Shown: piece after piece, positions 27,553 to 33,460 of the stretch
Position numbering within the stretch: position 1 is the first letter of the stretch
Layout: each line of letters opens with the position of its first letter
Assembly: GCA_008080735.1 (NCBI GenBank)
Contig: SHMW01000047.1
Span: forward strand, 1 to 33,460
DNA from: Promethearchaeota archaeon
GTDB taxonomy: Archaea > Asgardarchaeota > Lokiarchaeia > Sigyniarchaeales > SOKP01
Length of the DNA: 33,460 bases
Reading direction: 5' to 3'
Notes under the pieces: model-generated
The model's database searches: none
Told to the model about the DNA's origin: nothing
The model's input: the letters and a program-made list of their open reading frames with translations, nothing else
Translations under genes and position numbers: made by a program

Positions 27553-29061
27553 ATGAAAATTAAAAAGTTGTTTAAATCTTCGGTTATAAAAGGATTTGTA
27601 TATTGTGTCCATGACAAGATAGGACCGCAACCTAAATATATCTGGCCACAAGCAGTACCAGATGAGAACGAAAATAAAGAGCAGCCGATGAAGGACGGCT
27701 TGCTCCGATTATCATACCAGAGTTATATGCAAATCGCCATTAAAAACTTAAGCCTATTATTAAGTGATGGGATGTTTCCAAGCGAGGAAGATGAGAAATT
27801 GACTAGATATTTTGCGATTATTCCTTATCCGGATTTTAATTTGACCTCTCTTACATATTTTCATTTTTTAAATTTAAAAGAGAGAGAAAAACCTATAGAA
27901 ACTGCGTTTTCTTTGTTGATTAAGGAGAATAGAAGAAATTTTCTGTATAATAATCACTTGAGGATTAAAACTTTAATTTCTGACTTTTTTGAGAGCTTGG
28001 ACAAAAATTTTTCAAATGGATTTTTACCTCAAGAAAAATTAGAAAAAGATTTTTATGGTCTATTGGAAAAATTGATTGAAATAGAGAATCAACCTTCCAC
28101 CCCCGCAACCACACAGCGGAAAATGAAGATAATTTTAGCTGGTTTAGACGACTCTGGTAAGACTTCCTTTATTTTCACCGTTGATCGAAAATTTTCCAAG
28201 TTAATGGGGTTAGATCCTACTAAAGGCGCAAATGTTCAATCTATCCAAGCATTAGGAGCATCGCTATTTCTGTGGGACCTTGGGGGGCAAACGCGCTTCC
28301 GAAAAAAATATCTTTCCAAATCCCAAATTTATATATATGAATCAGATTTAATTTTTTACTTTATAGACATTAGAAATGAACAGAGATTCAATGAGAGTCT
28401 TGAATATTTCAGAAATATTTATGAAATATTGGAAAAGGAATTAGAACAAGACACTCCTATTATTTTTATATTTTCTAAAGGAGACCCCGACATTCTAAAT
28501 GATAGACAAGTCCAAAAGAACCTTAAAAGACTTAAATCAGAACTAAAAGAAATCGTACGTGATAAACTAGAATTCTATATTACAAGTATATTTCAAATAG
28601 AGTCTGTACTACGAGCGTTCAGCGCGGGGATCTCAAAATTAAGTCCCAATAGAGAAATTATAGATTTAAATTTGAAGCAATTTTCGAAAGCAACGAAATC
28701 CTATATTATGTTGCTTTTAAGTAATGAAGGACTAGTCCTAGCGGATTATTACTCAAAGAAAGCCAAAAATTTTCTTAATCATCAAGGGTCTAAAGAAATA
28801 ATCCAAGACGTATTTGAGATTACGGCTCCACAATTTACTCAGCTTTTTGAAATCTTTTATAAATTTAAAGCACTTAGAAAGAATGAAGCCAGTTTTGACC
28901 TTGAAGACTCTATAATTATCATCAAACAACTTAAATTGTTTGAGAATAACATTTATGTATTATTTCTTATTGATAAACGAGAGAAAAAAGAAAAGATTAA
29001 TAGTCTAATGCCAAAATTTATAGAGAGAATGAGGGATTTACTGGCAACTTATATAATTTAA
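27553..29061 (+). CDS. Multidomain small GTPase: uDENN/longin-like + Arf/Rag-like GTPase + roadblock-like (paralog of 6757-8175)
   Basis: VYCVHDKIGPQPKYIWP; YFAIIPYPD..LTSLTYF; GLDDSGKT, PTKG, WDLGGQ, SKGD, TSIF; LSPNR; LLLSNEGLVLA; VFEITAPQF. Confidence 0.87.
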   Translation: MKIKKLFKSSVIKGFVYCVHDKIGPQPKYIWPQAVPDENENKEQPMKDGLLRLSYQSYMQIAIKNLSLLLSDGMFPSEEDEKLTRYFAIIPYPDFNLTSLTYFHFLNLKEREKPIETAFSLLIKENRRNFLYNNHLRIKTLISDFFESLDKNFSNGFLPQEKLEKDFYGLLEKLIEIENQPSTPATTQRKMKIILAGLDDSGKTSFIFTVDRKFSKLMGLDPTKGANVQSIQALGASLFLWDLGGQTRFRKKYLSKSQIYIYESDLIFYFIDIRNEQRFNESLEYFRNIYEILEKELEQDTPIIFIFSKGDPDILNDRQVQKNLKRLKSELKEIVRDKLEFYITSIFQIESVLRAFSAGISKLSPNREIIDLNLKQFSKATKSYIMLLLSNEGLVLADYYSKKAKNFLNHQGSKEIIQDVFEITAPQFTQLFEIFYKFKALRKNEASFDLEDSIIIIKQLKLFENNIYVLFLIDKREKKEKINSLMPKFIERMRDLLATYII

Positions 29062-29106
29062 GTTGATATAGTGATAAAGCATAGATATAGATTATAATCT
29101 ATTTCT

Positions 29107-30135
29107 CTAATTATCATCTAATAACTCATCAAGCTTTTTATCTAAAAATTGAGCCTCATCAGACTCTGGATTTAAAATTACCGCTCGCTTGGTATATTTC
29201 TTCGCTTTTTTAAAATTTGAAAGATAGAAATGATTTAATCCTAATCCGAAAATATATTGAAATTGCTCACCGTCTTTATCAAGGAGGATTTCATATATCT
29301 CAACAGAATGTTGATAATTTTCATTTAGAAAATAGCTCTCTGCTAATAGCCTCCAAGCGTCTATGTATTTAGGATCGATGTCGATTACGATATTAAATGC
29401 CTCTATAGCTTTTCTATAAGCCTTAATTCCATTATAGGCAATCCCAAGATTTAACCATGCATCTAAAAATTTATTTTCTTTTTCGATGATTTTATTTAAT
29501 AAGCGAATTGCACGATCGAATTTCTCGTTATTTATAGCGATAATTGCAAGGGAGTTAAGAGCGTGTACATCTTCATGTGAGATTTGTAAAATTTTATTGC
29601 AAACCCTTTCTAATTCAATAAAATTATCTAGTTCATGTAATATAGATCGCATCGCGTGGAGAGAATCTAAGTTATTTGAATCTATTTCCAATGATTTATT
29701 AAATTCTTTTAATGCCGCTTCAAGATCTCCCCGCGCTTCATAGCAAGTACCCAATAAATAATGGAGATTTGTATTTTTTGGATTATTCTTTATTAATTTT
29801 TCATATATTTTGATCGCTTTTTTATGCTCTCCAATATCCCTATATGCTAAACCAAGAGAAGATTTAATAGCAGGAGTCCACTCCTCAAAAAAATCTATAT
29901 TTTCTAATATAATATGGGAAATCTTTATAACTTTTTTGAGGTCTTTTAAATCTAATAATTTGAGTATAAACTCCATAATATAATCTATGTCTTCTACTGA
30001 AATTTCTTTAGGATACTCCTCCAAGAAAATCAATAAAGATTCAAAAGCCTTATCATAATTAGAGTTTTGAAAATGATTTATACTGGATTCTAAATTATTT
30101 TGTGATTTTGGGATTTCTGAATTGTTTTTACTCAT
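29107..30135 (-). CDS. Tetratricopeptide repeat protein
   Basis: About 7-8 34-aa units (LGLAY...A...Y.K...NP; YLLGTCY; AWLNLGIAY; AWRLLAESY). Confidence 0.92.
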   Translation of the reverse strand: MSKNNSEIPKSQNNLESSINHFQNSNYDKAFESLLIFLEEYPKEISVEDIDYIMEFILKLLDLKDLKKVIKISHIILENIDFFEEWTPAIKSSLGLAYRDIGEHKKAIKIYEKLIKNNPKNTNLHYLLGTCYEARGDLEAALKEFNKSLEIDSNNLDSLHAMRSILHELDNFIELERVCNKILQISHEDVHALNSLAIIAINNEKFDRAIRLLNKIIEKENKFLDAWLNLGIAYNGIKAYRKAIEAFNIVIDIDPKYIDAWRLLAESYFLNENYQHSVEIYEILLDKDGEQFQYIFGLGLNHFYLSNFKKAKKYTKRAVILNPESDEAQFLDKKLDELLDDN

Positions 30136-30150
30136 TAAAATTTCAGAATT

Positions 30151-30189
30151 ATTATTATTTAGAAAATGTTTGTATTTCTAAATAATAAT
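30151..30189. repeat. Perfect 15-bp inverted repeat with 9-nt loop
   Basis: ATTATTATTTAGAAA (30151-30165) and TTTCTAAATAATAAT (30175-30189). Confidence 0.85.
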
Positions 30190-30375
30190 TTAATACTTCT
30201 GTATGAAGGAGGGCGCTGCTGGAGGACAACTCCATGAATTATCGTAAAATGGACACCGAAAACTGGAGGTAACACACATTTCTTGAACTTTCGGATTAAA
30301 AAATATATCACTATAATCAATTTTCACAGAGGACATTCTCTTAATATATTCCCAGTAATCATATGTTTTAACCAA
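30190..30375 (-). pseudogene. Truncated DUF2284-like metal-binding protein (N-terminal fragment)
   Basis: IFFNPKVQEMC...CPFYDNSWSCPP matches the DUF2284 N-terminal Cys motif. It ends at TAA after 61 aa with no room for the rest before the TPR gene. Confidence 0.65.
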
Positions 30376-30525
30376 ATTGAAGCTACCGTTTATAGAAATA
30401 GTAATTGGAGCATTGGAATTATAATAATATATTAGTTATGTTCAATATTCTAACATCTATTAAAGTCGATTTTAGTTATAGTAAATAAATTTGGGATAAT
30501 TGACTATATTGGGTTAAATTTTGAT

Positions 30526-31653
30526 TTATATTTCATCAGAAAACACCTCATCAAATATATTATCAACTGGGCTGAAAATATCAATATCTCCATCCCATTC
30601 TATCAAAAAATCTCTATAAATTCCCTCTACTTTCAATACTAATAACTCCAAATAGTATTCAAATCGTTCAATTTCTTCTTTACTAATGATCACACCATCC
30701 AAAAGTTCACTATTATATAGATAAATGATTTTGTCTTGTTCTTTAATTCTAGAAAAACCCTTCTTGTTGGGAGAGGGAGTTAATTCTTGTAGCATTATGT
30801 TTATTGAAGTAATGGAGCTTGAGATTAAATTCTTATCTATATCTGTTTCTTCTCCTCCTAAATTTTTATAAAATATGCATGCTCCTTCCTTAGTAATAAG
30901 AAAAAGTTCCTCGATTCTATCTTTCCAATCAAATTCAAAAAGATATGGGAAACTAAGAAAATAATGAAAAATTATGGATAATGAGAGTAGTTCCATGAGG
31001 GATCCAATTAATCTTATAAAAAGTCCGAATATGGCAATCGAGAAGTCAATTGTTAAAAAATAACCGATTGGAAGTAGTAGAAACGCTAAAAAATACAGTG
31101 ATGCATTTTTCAGAAAATTTTCTAAATCCCTAGTCCTATTGGAAAAATCTCTCAAGTAGGTAACTAAGAAGAGAAGGAATATAGGCCAAAACACCAATGA
31201 AAAAAACCTCGTTATGGTAAGATCAATAATAAAAATCATAATAAAACTAATTGCAATGATACCAAAAACTGAAGTAATAAAATATTTAATTTTAGCTATA
31301 TTTCTCGTACGTTCTATGAAATATATAAAAAATAGTGCCCCAAATATAATAGAAAGATATCCTAAATTCAGAAAAAACTCCCTTTCGCTCCCTCGGAGCC
31401 AAAAAAAATAAGGTGATACGATATTACTCGAAGAATAATAGTCTGATTTGATAAATAATAATTCCATCAATGCAAATCCCAGGAATATACTCATATACGC
31501 CAGCTCTTCCTTCAATCGAAATTTCTTATTCTGCTTTTTATATCGAATAAAAAAGATTACCGCAATTTCAAGAGAGAATATAAAAATTATCCATTCTATA
31601 ATTAATAGGGGAAAGCGTAAATTGCCTGATAAAGGAAAGTCAATCAATAACAT
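30526..31653 (-). CDS. 7-TM membrane protein with C-terminal cytoplasmic longin-like domain (paralog 2)
   Basis: Seven hydrophobic segments, then FPYLFEFDWKDRIEELFLITKEGACIFYKNL...LISSSITSI..ML.E...L...VE..Y...L..WDGD...F. Confidence 0.8.
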   Translation of the reverse strand: MLLIDFPLSGNLRFPLLIIEWIIFIFSLEIAVIFFIRYKKQNKKFRLKEELAYMSIFLGFALMELLFIKSDYYSSSNIVSPYFFWLRGSEREFFLNLGYLSIIFGALFFIYFIERTRNIAKIKYFITSVFGIIAISFIMIFIIDLTITRFFSLVFWPIFLLFLVTYLRDFSNRTRDLENFLKNASLYFLAFLLLPIGYFLTIDFSIAIFGLFIRLIGSLMELLSLSIIFHYFLSFPYLFEFDWKDRIEELFLITKEGACIFYKNLGGEETDIDKNLISSSITSINIMLQELTPSPNKKGFSRIKEQDKIIYLYNSELLDGVIISKEEIERFEYYLELLVLKVEGIYRDFLIEWDGDIDIFSPVDNIFDEVFSDEI

Positions 31654-31657
31654 TGAA

Positions 31658-32830
31658 TCACCTCATTAAAGACTCAACAATCACGTTAAAACTCCCAAAT
31701 AATAATTGTTGGTTTTTATCAAATCTGTTTAGTTGTAAAAGAATTTCTCGGTAGAAAGATTCGAATTGATACTTTACATTTTGGAGGAAATGCGTTAAAC
31801 TTATCAAATCTTTATTAATGATTAACGCATAAACGATATTGAAAGGTTCGGAACCGTATTCTAAAAGAATGTAGGAATTTTGATGTTTAATCTTGTGAAT
31901 ATTCTTTTCTTTTGTTCCCGTTATTTTAGACATTATGATATCTATACCTACTAAACCAGTCGAAACAAGTTTATCATCCAGGTTTGAGGTTTTCTTAAAA
32001 AATTCCTCATTTTTATTTCTAAAATTATATGAATAGATGCTTTCATATGTATCTCGATTAATCACATACAAATGTACCAAATTATCCCGCCATTCAAATT
32101 CATAAAATGGAGGGAAATCCACTACAGAAAATATGATTATTATGAATCCAATTAGTAATATAGATACTCCCATATAGTAAATGATTTGTTCCAAAAAAAC
32201 ATCCCCAAAGATCCCGAGGCCTACCAAAATGGCAAATACTAATGCCATTAGGCTGGTAATCGTACCGATAAAAAACAATAAAAATTTTTTTTGTATTTTC
32301 CCAACAGATCTTCTTACAAGAATCATCTCAAATCTTAACACGTTAATCCCATTCAATGCAACAAATCCAATCCCGATAAAAAATAATGGAGACCGAGTCG
32401 AAGGGGCGATTATTCCAAAGATTATCGCCAATCCATTTAGAATCATTAGAAGATATATGATCTTTAGGTTCACAATCTTAGCAAATTCTTTAGTTAGAAT
32501 AAAAAGCTCTAAAGCGATAGGGGAAAAAAAAGCTAAGGACCACCCAACACGATAGATGATATCTTTCCAAACGGCATCTACGATGAAATTTCGGGCGATT
32601 TGAATAGTCAGCGCACCAAATACCATAAACAAGATAAAATTCCCAAAAGATACTAAAATACGATTTAGTTTTAGATTTACATCTTTAATCTTATGATATT
32701 GGTAAAAAAAATAGAACGATAATTGGATTCCAATAACGACTGCTAATAGATAATAAAGAAATTGTAATTCTACTAATGGATTGTTTTGTAGATACATGTT
32801 TAATGGCTTATAGAAATTATTTAGACTCAA
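31658..32830 (-). CDS. 7-TM membrane protein with C-terminal cytoplasmic longin-like domain (paralog 1)
   Basis: Seven hydrophobic segments, then FPPFYEFEWRDNLVHLYVIN...IYSYNF...LVSTGLVGI..IM..I...ILLEYG...YALII...FESFY...F. Start is TTG 32830 or ATG 32797. Confidence 0.8.
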   Translation of the reverse strand: MSLNNFYKPLNMYLQNNPLVELQFLYYLLAVVIGIQLSFYFFYQYHKIKDVNLKLNRILVSFGNFILFMVFGALTIQIARNFIVDAVWKDIIYRVGWSLAFFSPIALELFILTKEFAKIVNLKIIYLLMILNGLAIIFGIIAPSTRSPLFFIGIGFVALNGINVLRFEMILVRRSVGKIQKKFLLFFIGTITSLMALVFAILVGLGIFGDVFLEQIIYYMGVSILLIGFIIIIFSVVDFPPFYEFEWRDNLVHLYVINRDTYESIYSYNFRNKNEEFFKKTSNLDDKLVSTGLVGIDIIMSKITGTKEKNIHKIKHQNSYILLEYGSEPFNIVYALIINKDLISLTHFLQNVKYQFESFYREILLQLNRFDKNQQLLFGSFNVIVESLMR

Positions 32831-32888
32831 ATAATATAATTATTATATTAATTTAGTTAAAAAACTTTCTTTATAAAGTTGGAAATGC

Positions 32889-33434
32889 TTATGAAATCGT
32901 TTTTTCTTGGTAATAGTTAAAAATATCTCTCGCTAATTGTTCGAAGGCTTTTTGTATCCCAACATTATCTTTTGCACTGGTTTTAAAATATGCTAAATAA
33001 TCTAATTGATTGTTAATTTCTTTTATATCCTTAGGGTTTATAGCTCCTTTCTTTTCAATTAAATCTAACTTATTTCCAATTAAGACAGAGGGGGGATTCT
33101 TATCCAGAGCTTTATTTACTTCCTTTTGCCACTTGATAAGATTCTTAAAAGTGCTCATTCGAGTTAAATCAAAAGCATAAATTATACCCTTCGCTCCTTT
33201 ATAGAATCCCGGTCTGACTGAAGAAAAATGGGTTTGTCCGCTTAAATCCCAAATTTGAAGTTTGATGTTTGCTTTTAGATCTTCAAAGATTAAATCTTTA
33301 ATATAGAAGTTGGTTCCGATGGTCATTTTCGTATTTTCTAAAAATTCGCCTTCCACATATCTATGTAAAATTGTTGTCTTGCCAACCGCCCCGTCTCCAA
33401 TTATACAGATTTTATATAGCTTGTTTCTGAGCAT
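32889..33434 (-). CDS. Rab-like small GTPase without a C-terminal prenylation motif
   Basis: KICIIGDGAVGKT, TIGTNF, LQIWDLSGQ, FYKGAKG, GNKLD, TSAK; ends QEKTIS. Confidence 0.93.
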   Translation of the reverse strand: MLRNKLYKICIIGDGAVGKTTILHRYVEGEFLENTKMTIGTNFYIKDLIFEDLKANIKLQIWDLSGQTHFSSVRPGFYKGAKGIIYAFDLTRMSTFKNLIKWQKEVNKALDKNPPSVLIGNKLDLIEKKGAINPKDIKEINNQLDYLAYFKTSAKDNVGIQKAFEQLARDIFNYYQEKTIS

Positions 33435-33460
33435 TATGTGAAAATATAAAGCATAATTAA

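Noticed and set aside
255-32555. Short antisense/overlapping ORFs in the track (e.g. 255-527, 753-965, 4094-4336, 16806-17096, 32181-32555)
   Set aside because: They shadow well-supported genes on the opposite strand or in another frame, show biased F/S/I/K composition and have no motifs.
30526-32830. Rhodopsin or true GPCR identity for the 7TM proteins
   Set aside because: No retinal-binding Lys in TM7 and no DRY/NPxxY motifs. Only the topology is analogous.
1-33460. CRISPR array, tRNA or rRNA
   Set aside because: No regularly spaced repeats or GC-rich structured segments in any intergenic region.

Overview
AT-rich archaeal window, most likely from an Asgard archaeon (Lokiarchaeia/Promethearchaeota). 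The assignment is inferred from GGTGA-type Shine-Dalgarno sites, archaeal L13e, the Hom plus stand-alone ACT pair and a very high density of eukaryotic-signature domains. It holds about 28 CDS and one probable gene fragment; no tRNA, rRNA or CRISPR array was seen. Five small GTPases are present: two tandem Rag-like GTPase-roadblock proteins, two uDENN/longin-GTPase-roadblock fusions and one Rab-like GTPase. There is also a Zn-ribbon-roadblock protein, a longin-wHTH protein and two paralogous 7TM-longin membrane proteins. The best candidates for undescribed systems are three. (1) A Rab + 7TM-longin + 7TM-longin operon (30526-33434) that could be a membrane receptor/longin-heterodimer GEF module. 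(2) A Rag-pair + roadblock cassette, with NPRL2-like and DENN-like parts nearby, placed directly downstream of threonine biosynthesis genes. (3) A lipid-acquisition-like cassette: a two-TM repeat ectodomain protein, a long-chain acyl-CoA ligase, a FabK/NMO enzyme and a wHTH-V4R regulator that appears to start at a non-AUG codon. All domain calls come from motif recognition by eye; no database search was run.
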